DNA from: a virus
DNA: 53,083 nt
Reading direction: 5' to 3' (one strand)
Virus record (IMG/VR): IMGVR_UViG_3300029258_001854
A model generated the notes under the pieces. That model made no database searches and was not told the DNA's origin. It saw only the letters and a program-made list of their open reading frames with translations. The translations under genes and the position numbers were made by a program. This document shows positions 40,662 through 50,020 of the stretch, piece after piece (the first letter of the stretch is position 1; every line of letters starts with the position of its first letter).

Positions 40662-41709
40662 GCTTTTCAAGAAAACTAAAGATGGTATTAGGTATTGGTC
40701 AATTGATATTGAATACCCGACAGCAGAGCTAATAATTGACTATGGTTGGCTTAATGGTGCAATACAGACTCAGTATGAAAGTGTAGAAGAGAATGAGTCT
40801 GGTAGACCAATTGATGAACAACTTGAGCTAAGAAGAGACTCAAGAGTAAATGCCAAGATTGATTCTGGATATAGGTATACAGTTGATCAAGCTATAGCAG
40901 AGGCTGGTCAGAACACTCTTGGTTTTTACAGGCCTATGCTTGCTAAGAGATTTGATCAAATCAAAAATATAAACTGGGAGAACATGTGGTGCCAAAATAA
41001 GTATGATGGCCATAGGTGTCTTATGAGAAGAACGCAAGATGGAATAGTTGCTTATTCTAGGCAAGGCAAAGAGATCACCACTATAGATCACATTACATCA
41101 AGTATGCATATACCATTTAATGCTACACTAGATGGAGAGCTATATTGCCACGGAGAAAGTCTGCAGCGAATTAGCTCATGGGTTAAAAGGAAGCAAATAA
41201 ATACAAAGAAAATTGAATATGTCGTTTATGATTTGGTATCTAAAACAGAACCATATTATGAAAGATATAATAGAATCAAGAATATGAATCTTGGTGAAAA
41301 TGCAAGAATGGCACCAACAGACAAAACAATATCAGCTGAGCATGTTACACACATGTTACAAAGTTCTATTTATGCAGGATATGAAGGGCTTATCCTAAGA
41401 GACAAAAATGCAAAATATGAAGTTGGTGCAAGATCAAAAGGTCTGATTAAAGTAAAGAAATTTCTTGATTCAGAATTCAAAGTTTTGGATGTAATTGAAT
41501 CATCAGATGGTTGGGGCATTTTAGTTTGCGATACTGGCAAAAGATCAAAGTTCAGAGTTTCTGCTCCAGGAACAATTCCAGAGAAGACTAAAATTCTCAA
41601 TAATAAGCACGACTATATTGGCCAGTTGGTCACAGTTGAATATGCTAACATGACTGCAGATGGAGTACCATTCCACCCTGTGGCAATTAGATTCAGAGAA
41701 GACATATGA
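40654..41709 (+). CDS. lig: ATP-dependent DNA ligase
   Basis: Motif I KYDGHR, motif IV EGLILRD, motif V LIKVKK. Confidence 0.85.
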   Translation: MIELFKKTKDGIRYWSIDIEYPTAELIIDYGWLNGAIQTQYESVEENESGRPIDEQLELRRDSRVNAKIDSGYRYTVDQAIAEAGQNTLGFYRPMLAKRFDQIKNINWENMWCQNKYDGHRCLMRRTQDGIVAYSRQGKEITTIDHITSSMHIPFNATLDGELYCHGESLQRISSWVKRKQINTKKIEYVVYDLVSKTEPYYERYNRIKNMNLGENARMAPTDKTISAEHVTHMLQSSIYAGYEGLILRDKNAKYEVGARSKGLIKVKKFLDSEFKVLDVIESSDGWGILVCDTGKRSKFRVSAPGTIPEKTKILNNKHDYIGQLVTVEYANMTADGVPFHPVAIRFREDI

Positions 41710-41846
41710 ACAACGATTATCTAAACTTGATCTTTCTTGCGTTGACTACATTAGTCATAGCAATGCTAATAGGATTTTGTGCAGGAACCACAGAGAGATT
41801 ATGCCTAACTGCTAGCTTTGGCGCAGAATACTGCCTTTCTGATTGA
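41706..41846 (+). CDS. Small membrane peptide (46 aa)
   Basis: ATGA overlap with the ligase stop. MNNDYLNLIFLALTTLVIAMLIGFCAG... Confidence 0.35.
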   Translation: MNNDYLNLIFLALTTLVIAMLIGFCAGTTERLCLTASFGAEYCLSD

Positions 41847-41854
41847 AACAAAAA

Positions 41855-41927
41855 AGCCCCTCTAAGCGCCTAGATTCTTCCCCTAGCCTAGCCTATAGGC
41901 TCTGAGAAAAAGTCGCTTAGAGGGGCT
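41855..41927. terminator. Convergence-point terminator: perfect 14-bp stem with a 45-nt loop (repeat family copy 2)
   Basis: AGCCCCTCTAAGCG (41855-41868) pairs with CGCTTAGAGGGGCT (41914-41927). An A5 run on the 5' side gives a U-tract for minus-strand transcripts. Confidence 0.6.
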
Positions 41928-41962
41928 TCTGCACGGCCCTAGGTAGCGTTTTAGGGACGAAG

Positions 41963-42253
41963 CTACATACCAATCCTTGCATTGTGTGCTCTACAAAATT
42001 GAGCTAACCTGCCTAAGAAGTCAAGAATCAACTGATCTCTTTCCATTTGTGATTCTTCCCTACCAAGACTTCTGATTGCTTCCAATTCCTCTTCACTTGC
42101 CTTAGAGCAAGGAGGAAAAGAGGAATCTGTGGCATACCTACCGTGACAGCTTGCTCCAAGCGTCAGCCACAGAATCACTATCAGTGTGAACAGGCTCAGA
42201 TTCGATGAGCTTAGCAATCTTCTCACGCCTATTCCTTGCCTTCTGAATATCAA
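41963..42253 (-). CDS. o-spanin candidate (lipoprotein), overlapping the i-spanin gene out of frame
   Basis: A likely GTG start at 42226 gives RRLLSSSNLSLFTLIVILWLTLGAS-C, a signal peptide plus lipobox-like LGASC. It overlaps 42138..42356 by about 90-115 nt. Confidence 0.5.
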   Translation of the reverse strand: MIFRRQGIGVRRLLSSSNLSLFTLIVILWLTLGASCHGRYATDSSFPPCSKASEEELEAIRSLGREESQMERDQLILDFLGRLAQFCRAHNARIGM

Positions 42254-42356
42254 TCAAAGCAGATTGTTTTCCACTTTCTTTAGCACTTTTTCCATAAAGA
42301 ACTGCAACTGTGAATGCAGCTGCCAAAGATGCTAAGAATGAAAAGAAAGTGTACAT
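42138..42356 (-). CDS. i-spanin candidate
   Basis: 72 aa with an N-terminal TM (FFSFLASLAAAFTVAVLY) followed by a charged helix. Confidence 0.5.
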   Translation of the reverse strand: MYTFFSFLASLAAAFTVAVLYGKSAKESGKQSALIDIQKARNRREKIAKLIESEPVHTDSDSVADAWSKLSR

Positions 42357-42357
42357 T

Positions 42358-42570
42358 TTAATCTACCGATCCAGCATTCCTACTCTTGCCAATATTGTTA
42401 GCAATAAAGTCCCAAGCTAAGCGAACAGGCTTAGGCCAAGTGGACTTGAATTCTTCTGTGAAGAAAGAGGCATCAAGACCTGCCACAATGTAAGCAAACA
42501 TGGCATAGGCAGGAACAACCCACCAGTTGCCTTCAGAAAAACTATTTATAAAAGCAGGAACATCACTCAT
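42358..42570 (-). CDS. Small membrane protein (holin/antiholin candidate)
   Basis: The ATG at 42570 overlaps the amidase stop (ATGA). 70 aa with TM WWVVPAYAMFAYIVAGL. Confidence 0.45.
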   Translation of the reverse strand: MSDVPAFINSFSEGNWWVVPAYAMFAYIVAGLDASFFTEEFKSTWPKPVRLAWDFIANNIGKSRNAGSVD

Positions 42571-42992
42571 ATACAATCTCCAAAGTTTGGTCCAAGTAAC
42601 ATGGCCCTTACATTTAGGCCTGGGCATTCAGTCGTGTTGACTAAATCTCTGTGTCCATAAGTCCTGATATCAGGATAAAGCACAATCACAGAAAGGTAGT
42701 GCTGGAATAGTGATCTTACTTGCATCCTATTCCATTTATTTGCTTCACTAGTATTATCACCTGTGAGGCATATGGCTATACTTCCAGTATTGTAAGGCTT
42801 TTGTGCTGCAGGTGCATATGCCAAATCCCTACCTTTGTGTATAATTCCTTCCTGTGTTATTACATAATGGTAGCCTATATCATCCCATCCATTTCCATCT
42901 ACATGCCAGCTTTTGATCTCTTCAAAAGTTGTATCTATTGGGCTTGCAGAATGGTGAACTACATAGTTTTTTATAGGCCCATTATATGTCAT
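42567..42992 (-). CDS. Endolysin: N-acetylmuramoyl-L-alanine amidase (Amidase_2/PGRP type)
   Basis: VVHHSASP...WDDIGYHYVITQEGIIHKGR...NTGSIAICLTGDN. Confidence 0.85.
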   Translation of the reverse strand: MTYNGPIKNYVVHHSASPIDTTFEEIKSWHVDGNGWDDIGYHYVITQEGIIHKGRDLAYAPAAQKPYNTGSIAICLTGDNTSEANKWNRMQVRSLFQHYLSVIVLYPDIRTYGHRDLVNTTECPGLNVRAMLLGPNFGDCI

Positions 42993-43222
42993 TGTACCTG
43001 CTGTATTATGAAAGCAACTATGCTAGCAAAAGTAGCACAGACTGCAATTGTGGTGTAAATCTTAGTCTGCAGACTGCTTAGAGAACTCTCTAGTTTGTCT
43101 ATTTCATCTGCCATAAGATTGATTGAAGTTCTTAAGTTCTTCATATCATACGACAGCTTCTTTACCTCAGTTGTTAGAGTGCCCCATTCTCTTCCAGTAG
43201 GACCCCCATTAATTTCTGTCAA
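42989..43222 (-). CDS. Coiled-coil protein with C-terminal TM (holin candidate)
   Basis: 77 aa. IYTTIAVCATFASIVAFIIQQ at the C-terminus. ATGA overlap with the amidase. Confidence 0.45.
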   Translation of the reverse strand: MTEINGGPTGREWGTLTTEVKKLSYDMKNLRTSINLMADEIDKLESSLSSLQTKIYTTIAVCATFASIVAFIIQQVQ

Positions 43223-43249
43223 GACTAATCACCAACCTTTCAGCACAGG

Positions 43250-46200
43250 CTAGAAGCAGGCAGTATTTGGATTGTGGAACTCCCTACCAACTCCAAGTCC
43301 ATCACAGAAGCAATACTGATCGTCAGTATCATTGTAGAAGACATATGCCTCAGGAGCATTGGCACAAGGATCAGTAGTCACAGGCTTTCCAGTTAGAATT
43401 TGTGCACCGTCTGTGGCATTGTCAGGGGCATGAGCAGTTGAATATCTCAAGGGCTGTGATGTTGTCGTATCGTCAACCCATATGTGGTTGCCATCATCAT
43501 GTTCACCCTTTAGGGCTATATGCCCATTGTTCCAAAGCCCACCAGCGTGAGTTATGTTCCCATAAAAGCTAGGATTGCTTGCACATATGGTTGCACCAGT
43601 TCCACAAGTCTGATCATCAGCATAGAATACAGATCCTGCAGAGCCATAGCCAAGCTGATTGTAGACATAAAACGCTCTTCTTCTGCCGCTTATGTTAGAA
43701 GAATTAGCACCAGTTGCAAATGGCTGAAGCATTCTTATGCCGGCAGAGCCATTGTATGTATTGTCGGTGCCACGGAAATCATGTCTCAAATCAATTATGT
43801 ATGATTGATAGCTAGGGTTGTTCGACACTAAGTTCTGAGTCTGTGAAACAGCACTTACTGCAGGGTTGTTATCTGCATGAGAACCAACAGTTAGAGCAGT
43901 TGGCAATATACTACCATCATAGTTTATTGCGACACTATGCTGATATAGTCCATCGTAGGTAGTATCAGAAGTTTGTATTCTCAAGGGGAAAAGGGGATTT
44001 CGCGGCTGAACTCTCCAGTTATAGAATGCATTATTCTGCCTAGTCTTCCATTCAAACTGGTGTGCTCTCCAGCCTTCTTCTACATTACGTGATGTGACAC
44101 TAGCAACCGTTATAGTAGCAGTATCACCGCTAGCATCAGTAACAGTTACAGTTGTTCCTTCTAGCTGTCCAAAATCATGAATCCACTCAAGAAGGTTTGT
44201 AGATATTGTGTTGTAAGACCTAACATAACCACGAGCATTTGTACCAGCACTAAATGTAACAAACTCACCAGGCTGAGGATTAAAACCTGCTTGCGGACTT
44301 GTAACAGTTGCTCTATTTATGGGCGGGTAAAGGTCATAGTTTAGCTCAAACCAGGTTTCATCACCAGTCGCAGTGGCTCTATATGAGCCCTCCCAAGATG
44401 CATCAGCAGCATGTTCATATTGATTATAAGCACCAGGGGAATTTACACCCGTCTTGTTGTAAAAGTATCCTACTAAATTATTTGCTTCTGGTGCAGGTTG
44501 GGCTGCAAATTGATTCGGATTTGGATATGTGATTCCATATCCTAATTGAGTTGTTGCAGGATCAGTTATATTTCCATTGATCAGGTTCTCATTTTGAAAT
44601 GAAGTAGGTGAGGGCTGAGTTGATTCACCTGTAGTTGCAGGCTCCCAGCTTGACCCATTGTACTCAATGACCTGGCCGGTTGTAACCCCAGCTGTACTAA
44701 CATCAGTCAGATCATTAAGTGCTAGGGATGCAGAACCTCCAGCAGTCCCTAATCCGATGGGTGCTCCTCCAGGCCCACATACACAAGTAGACTTAAAGCT
44801 GCCGCCTCCATCAACTCTGCCATCACCATTGGAATCTGTGCATGCTCCAGCACTAGGTCCATCATCAATAACTGTGAATACAGTTCCCTGAAGAGTTCCT
44901 GTTGCACTACAATCAGGAGACTGTGCAGCAAGGCTTATGTTCCAATCTATTTCAGAAACATTCTTAGGTATGCACTCTGTTGGCCAAGCCCTCGATGCAT
45001 CCCATGCAAATGTTGTTTGGACTTCCTCACCAATTCTGTTTGCACCACAAGAAAGAAGTCCAATACCATCGTCAGCAACTCCTCCGTTGAACCCAGCATC
45101 CATATTTAGAACGCCAAATGCAACTGGAGAGTAAATTCCAAATGCAATTTTGCCTTGAGTTACTATGTTATCAGCAAAATATATCCTTGCATTATCAGGA
45201 TCGTCAGTCCCTCTGATCCCAAAAACAGCAGAATCAGGATTTGCAGTTTGGAATGAATTATCCGTTACATTAATCCCACCAGGGCCAATTCCACCAAGAG
45301 CTATATCAGCAGAGGATTTGACCAGAATGTGGGCACTGTAGCTAGGAGCCGCGTCATTAATATTAGTCGTCTTTGCAGATCTTAAGAAATCATTATGGTG
45401 TATATCAATAAACTCATTGTGACCTCCGCTGACGCCATTACCACTTGGATTATCACCAGCTATGTATATAGAAGCGCCGTATGAACGGTTCCCTGTTATA
45501 TTTGTAAAAGATCCAACATCAAAGACATTCTCTGAAATATCAATATACCTTACACCTCTGCCAATATTCAAACAAGTGCTAGAAGATTGTAAGCACTTAT
45601 TGCCAGAGAAAGTACCATAGTCACCAATCATATCAACAACAGAAGAAACCTGATTAGTTCCAGTGCCATCTGTACTAAGAATGTTAACATCATTTCTTTC
45701 AAAAATGTTGTTTGTTATCTTATACATAAAGCCTTGGTTTCTAATGAGCCAAACGCTAGCAGACTGATTCCCAGCACTATTGATTGTATTAAGTGCAGTA
45801 TTATCAGAAACAACATTATCTGTGAACTGCATGTAGTTGCTAATATCTACAAGCCCACCGCCAGTGTTGTATCGGAAAATGCTATTTCTTACCTTGGCAT
45901 TTGCTAATGAAGGAGCTGTATTTATAGCACCACCAGAACCCATTGCTGTATTGCTGTTTATGATGCCAATGTTATCAAGTGTGATGTTATATCCAGATGA
46001 AAGCGTTATAAGAGAGCCATTATCGCAAACAGCCTGAGTTCCATCAGTACAGCCTCCAGTTCCGATGTAATCGTTGTGCGTAATATAGAATCCTGTTACT
46101 GTGATTCCTTGAGGCATCCTAGATTCATCTATTCTAGCTCCAACTGTAGCAACTCTGCTATTGCCGCTGCCACGATCAATCAAAGAAGAGCTATCAGATC

Positions 46201-47869
46201 CCATTACCTCAAAGGGTATAGTGGGCCTTGTGTTCCCAGCACCATTTATGTTCTCAAGAACAGGTATCGGGCCAAGGCTAACAAGAAGACCTGAATTTGC
46301 AGTTTGCCCATTAACAGCAGACCCGCAAGCACCACCAATAGATCCAACTCTTATAAGAGTTCTGCTGATTCCTCCTCCCATGTTTGTTTGGGTAAGAGTG
46401 TGTAAAGAACCAGGGGTCATATTGTTAGTTACATATCCACCACTGTTTTCAATGCAAAGTGTATTGCCAGTATCAATATCAGAACTAAGCCTGTTATTTC
46501 CACCAGTTGCAGCATCACTAGCAGGCAAGTTTGTATTATCACAAACTCCATCACCAGTCAGATCACCACAATTTCCCTTTCTAATTCCAACTCTTACAAT
46601 TGCAGAACCAGCACCAGTAGCATTCGGATCGCCAATCTTAAAGTCACCATTGATAAGTGTGGTTCCGCCTCTGACTGCAGTCCAGGTATTTCTCAAACCC
46701 TTGTTGTGAACAAAGTGTGTTCCATCATACTTAAGGTCAAGGAAGCCATCTGTATCAACGCCCTGGCCCTCAAGGGTCATGTTGGAGTGTATGGCTTCAA
46801 TACCAATCAGAGCCCTACCCAATTCATTAACAGCACAGGTCTGTGTGTAATCTTGACTAGTAGAATTCCAACAATTGTTGCTAGTTATTCCATTTCCTTT
46901 CAGTACATAAGTTCCAGTCTCGAATACAACCTTAGTGCCTTCTTTGTACTGGTTTCTTATTGCATTGAAGTCATCTGCAATGTCATCCCAAATTCTCTGT
47001 CCATGAAAGCTACATTCTTCAGGATTATTTGCAGAGTCTGCTCCAGCACCGCCGCCAGCAACAGACCAATCAAATTGTGTTATATTTGTCTCACTAGTAG
47101 CATGAGTTCCACAAAGCCAACCATATGAATAGCCAGAGGTTGTACTGGAATCTCCACCACAATCACAGGTGTACCAAGATGTACCATCACCATCATGATC
47201 CTGGGGCATATTTATTATGTTATAGCCTCCAGTTATATCACCTATAGTTGCTAACTGAACACCGCCAATCTGAGACTCTAGCTCAGGAAGTGTGTCCATT
47301 TCTGCAAATACAGGATCAGCTTCAGTTGTTACAATAGTAGATCCAATCTGAGACTCTAGTGCTGCAAGACTATTCATCTGCTTGAAGAAAGGATCAACCT
47401 CAACAATGGGCCCAACCTGATTGGATCCACAAACTTCAAGTATGCTACTCCCAGTGCCGGTTATTGCGGTGTTTACCTGTGCTCTAAGGAATTGTGTTGT
47501 AGTTGCTAAGAAGTCTGCATCAGCAGTAAGTGCTGCAACAACAGGCGAGCCACTACTGTTAATATCTGCAATCATATCTGTGCAGCTATTAGTGTCTACG
47601 CCATCAGTACAAGACTTGAGTGTTATGTCAGCACCAGTTCCTGTTCCATCAAGCTTATCATATACAAAACGTGCATTTGTAATTGCTGTTGTATTCAGAG
47701 CAGGAGTGTAAGAAGATGCAGAATCAGCATAGCTAAGTCTGAGGTATCGGCACTCTTCACCTGCTATCATATCAGTAGTGAAAGGTGAATACCTATCAAC
47801 ATACCAATCAGCAGCACTAGCACTAAAAGGCATCAAAAGGGCAAAAACTAAGAGTATGAATTGTTTCAT
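43250..47869 (-). CDS. Giant beta-helix protein (tail spike/depolymerase candidate) with an N-terminal Sec-type signal peptide
   Basis: 1539 aa. MKQFILLVFALLMPFSASA-AD. PbH1-like repeats (NSIFRYNTGGG..., ITNNIFERNDVN...). Tandem DPxF..L..LESQIG repeats. Many Cys. Confidence 0.7.
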   Translation of the reverse strand: MKQFILLVFALLMPFSASAADWYVDRYSPFTTDMIAGEECRYLRLSYADSASSYTPALNTTAITNARFVYDKLDGTGTGADITLKSCTDGVDTNSCTDMIADINSSGSPVVAALTADADFLATTTQFLRAQVNTAITGTGSSILEVCGSNQVGPIVEVDPFFKQMNSLAALESQIGSTIVTTEADPVFAEMDTLPELESQIGGVQLATIGDITGGYNIINMPQDHDGDGTSWYTCDCGGDSSTTSGYSYGWLCGTHATSETNITQFDWSVAGGGAGADSANNPEECSFHGQRIWDDIADDFNAIRNQYKEGTKVVFETGTYVLKGNGITSNNCWNSTSQDYTQTCAVNELGRALIGIEAIHSNMTLEGQGVDTDGFLDLKYDGTHFVHNKGLRNTWTAVRGGTTLINGDFKIGDPNATGAGSAIVRVGIRKGNCGDLTGDGVCDNTNLPASDAATGGNNRLSSDIDTGNTLCIENSGGYVTNNMTPGSLHTLTQTNMGGGISRTLIRVGSIGGACGSAVNGQTANSGLLVSLGPIPVLENINGAGNTRPTIPFEVMGSDSSSLIDRGSGNSRVATVGARIDESRMPQGITVTGFYITHNDYIGTGGCTDGTQAVCDNGSLITLSSGYNITLDNIGIINSNTAMGSGGAINTAPSLANAKVRNSIFRYNTGGGLVDISNYMQFTDNVVSDNTALNTINSAGNQSASVWLIRNQGFMYKITNNIFERNDVNILSTDGTGTNQVSSVVDMIGDYGTFSGNKCLQSSSTCLNIGRGVRYIDISENVFDVGSFTNITGNRSYGASIYIAGDNPSGNGVSGGHNEFIDIHHNDFLRSAKTTNINDAAPSYSAHILVKSSADIALGGIGPGGINVTDNSFQTANPDSAVFGIRGTDDPDNARIYFADNIVTQGKIAFGIYSPVAFGVLNMDAGFNGGVADDGIGLLSCGANRIGEEVQTTFAWDASRAWPTECIPKNVSEIDWNISLAAQSPDCSATGTLQGTVFTVIDDGPSAGACTDSNGDGRVDGGGSFKSTCVCGPGGAPIGLGTAGGSASLALNDLTDVSTAGVTTGQVIEYNGSSWEPATTGESTQPSPTSFQNENLINGNITDPATTQLGYGITYPNPNQFAAQPAPEANNLVGYFYNKTGVNSPGAYNQYEHAADASWEGSYRATATGDETWFELNYDLYPPINRATVTSPQAGFNPQPGEFVTFSAGTNARGYVRSYNTISTNLLEWIHDFGQLEGTTVTVTDASGDTATITVASVTSRNVEEGWRAHQFEWKTRQNNAFYNWRVQPRNPLFPLRIQTSDTTYDGLYQHSVAINYDGSILPTALTVGSHADNNPAVSAVSQTQNLVSNNPSYQSYIIDLRHDFRGTDNTYNGSAGIRMLQPFATGANSSNISGRRRAFYVYNQLGYGSAGSVFYADDQTCGTGATICASNPSFYGNITHAGGLWNNGHIALKGEHDDGNHIWVDDTTTSQPLRYSTAHAPDNATDGAQILTGKPVTTDPCANAPEAYVFYNDTDDQYCFCDGLGVGREFHNPNTACF

Positions 47870-47875
47870 CTTTTA

Positions 47876-49129
47876 TTACCTGTAGAAGTAGTATGCATGT
47901 GTGGAAAGTGTTACAGTTGGCACTGAACTAGAACTTCCATATGATTTTGCAAAATACTCTCTATTTGCATTCACTTTAACTTTTGCAGTTCCAACTGATT
48001 CCAAATCAAAAGGAGAACCAGTATAAGATCCATCAGTGATATTGGAATCTGAAAAAGCATAATCAGCAACGTCAGATGAAGTAACCATTAACCTGAATAG
48101 CCTGTTATTATTGGATGATACATAGTTCATTTTACTATACACCATGGCATAACAATCAGGAGGGCAGCGATTTGACGTAATTGTTTGTCTTGTATTGATA
48201 GCAAAGGCAGAACTTATATCAGGATCATTATTATCATCATAGTAGAAATAATTTGGATCTGTAGAGTGATTGAAAAACTTTACAATACCACTACTAGCAT
48301 CAGTCAGAACCCAACCAATCTGTCTCCAATTAGGATATGTGCTTGCTCCTGCAGCAATTCTTAAGTTGGAAGCAGTTGGATTTGTATCAAATCCTGCATC
48401 AGTACCAGATGAACCTGATATGATAAAAACTCTGTAAAAGGTATTTGGATTCAAAGAAATAGTAGAAGGTCTACCACCACCATTACCTGCAACCCATGTA
48501 GCACCAATATTCTTATTAAGAGTTGTTGCAAGATTAGCGTTTATGTATGTTCCAGCAGGGCTTGAATTTGTAAAAGCAGAACCAGTAGCAATTTGAATTT
48601 CTGAGGAATTTATCCAGCTGATAGTCATCCCATCAATGTGACCAGGAGGGTAAATATTGGCAATTTGAGGCTTAATGGATCTTTGCAGAACAACAAAAGT
48701 TGTTCCATTGAATCTGACTTCGCAATCTCTAGTTGTATCTATATCACCAGCTAATAGCGCAGTCTCTTCACCAACTATTGCATATGTTACACCCCTGTAA
48801 GTTAGATTAGGTGTAGCAATTGTATTTGCACTAGCAGGCCTAAACTTCAGTGTAAGGCCAGTATATATAGCAGTTCGAGTGAAAGAGTTGTTGGCATGTG
48901 CTAAATTGTATGCACCACCAGATCCACTATCTGTGCACCAAATTGCAAAACCTGTGCTAAAGCGATCGAGCGCCGCAATCAATTGGTCTAGAGCAGATGC
49001 ACTAGGGGTCTGGCCTGATGCAGTAATAGCATTAAGAATCTCACTAGTCACCTGGTTTGATTCTCCGGCAGCGTAAATGCCTTGTGCATTAGCTCCGCCG
49101 TTTGCAACTTTATTATTTATTGAGTCCAT
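47876..49129 (-). CDS. Tail fibre protein
   Basis: 417 aa directly after the gp48-like baseplate gene. Ser/Thr/Asn/Gly-rich. Confidence 0.65.
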   Translation of the reverse strand: MDSINNKVANGGANAQGIYAAGESNQVTSEILNAITASGQTPSASALDQLIAALDRFSTGFAIWCTDSGSGGAYNLAHANNSFTRTAIYTGLTLKFRPASANTIATPNLTYRGVTYAIVGEETALLAGDIDTTRDCEVRFNGTTFVVLQRSIKPQIANIYPPGHIDGMTISWINSSEIQIATGSAFTNSSPAGTYINANLATTLNKNIGATWVAGNGGGRPSTISLNPNTFYRVFIISGSSGTDAGFDTNPTASNLRIAAGASTYPNWRQIGWVLTDASSGIVKFFNHSTDPNYFYYDDNNDPDISSAFAINTRQTITSNRCPPDCYAMVYSKMNYVSSNNNRLFRLMVTSSDVADYAFSDSNITDGSYTGSPFDLESVGTAKVKVNANREYFAKSYGSSSSVPTVTLSTHAYYFYR

Positions 49130-50019
49130 TATAACCCCGTGAATAGAATATCACAATGTGCAGGCTTTGCTTTCCTCAGAACACATCGTAAAAGTGCAGC
49201 CCCAGCATCCTGGAATGGAAAATCAAAAGTGTAATCAAAAGAGTTTTGAGTTTCCAACTGAGTCACAACTATAGTTTGCCTTGCTCTAGTTGCAATACCA
49301 AATCCTCTGCTTGCAAGAACATATCCTTCATTAACACCAGTGAAATTAGTAGGATTAGGAGGCAAAGTATCATTTATAGTTATATAGATAGCTTCACTTC
49401 CAGGTGCAGTATTAAAAGAGTGAACTATAAAATTACCACCAACGCCTGATGTTGTATTAATAACTAGGCACTTCATACCAACATAGATTAGAGAAAAATC
49501 AGGAGGTGTAGCAAACGAAGTTATTTCATAATCTGCAACTGTACTGGTAGCTATTGTTGCATTAGAATCAGACAAGATGACTGCATTATCAATACTTAGC
49601 TTTGGATCTTCTGTGCCATAGCCACCTTGATTTACAGGCACATGATCAATTCCGCTTCTTACCTTGATATCCTGGCCAATTCTTTCAGCAAAAATTTCAA
49701 AGTCAGATGAAGTCTGTATCCCCAGAGAAGACAGCTTTAGTATTACATTGTTTCTTCTTTCTTGCAATGTTGCCCCAATAGGGAAGCAAGAGTCAGGTAT
49801 TCCTACAGCACTCTCCCAATTTGTTATAAGTGTTTCAGTAGTATCAGGGAACCACTCATTAACAAATGCTGCAATTTCAGTTTCCATCCTAAAGAATTCT
49901 TCAGCAAATCCAAGAAGCATTCTCCTCAGGTTTGAAGATTCATCTTTAGCTGCCTTGAAAGAATCACCACTTGGAAGGTAATTGTTTACAAATACTTCAA
50001 TATTGTTTTCAATTGTCAT
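49129..50019 (-). CDS. Baseplate wedge/tail-fibre-attachment protein (Mu gp48 / P2 gpI-like, DUF2313-type)
   Basis: YLPSGDSFKAAKDESSNLRRMLLGFAEEFFRMETEIAAFVNEWFPDTTETLITNWESAVGIP matches my memory of the family consensus. Confidence 0.7.
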   Translation of the reverse strand: MTIENNIEVFVNNYLPSGDSFKAAKDESSNLRRMLLGFAEEFFRMETEIAAFVNEWFPDTTETLITNWESAVGIPDSCFPIGATLQERRNNVILKLSSLGIQTSSDFEIFAERIGQDIKVRSGIDHVPVNQGGYGTEDPKLSIDNAVILSDSNATIATSTVADYEITSFATPPDFSLIYVGMKCLVINTTSGVGGNFIVHSFNTAPGSEAIYITINDTLPPNPTNFTGVNEGYVLASRGFGIATRARQTIVVTQLETQNSFDYTFDFPFQDAGAALLRCVLRKAKPAHCDILFTGL

Positions 50020-50020
50020 A

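Noticed and set aside
43250-49129. Diversity-generating retroelement targeting the fibre or spike genes
   Set aside because: There is no reverse transcriptase ORF anywhere in the window. I also saw no template/variable repeat pair; the only internal DNA repeat (about 47270-47400) is a tandem in-frame duplication.
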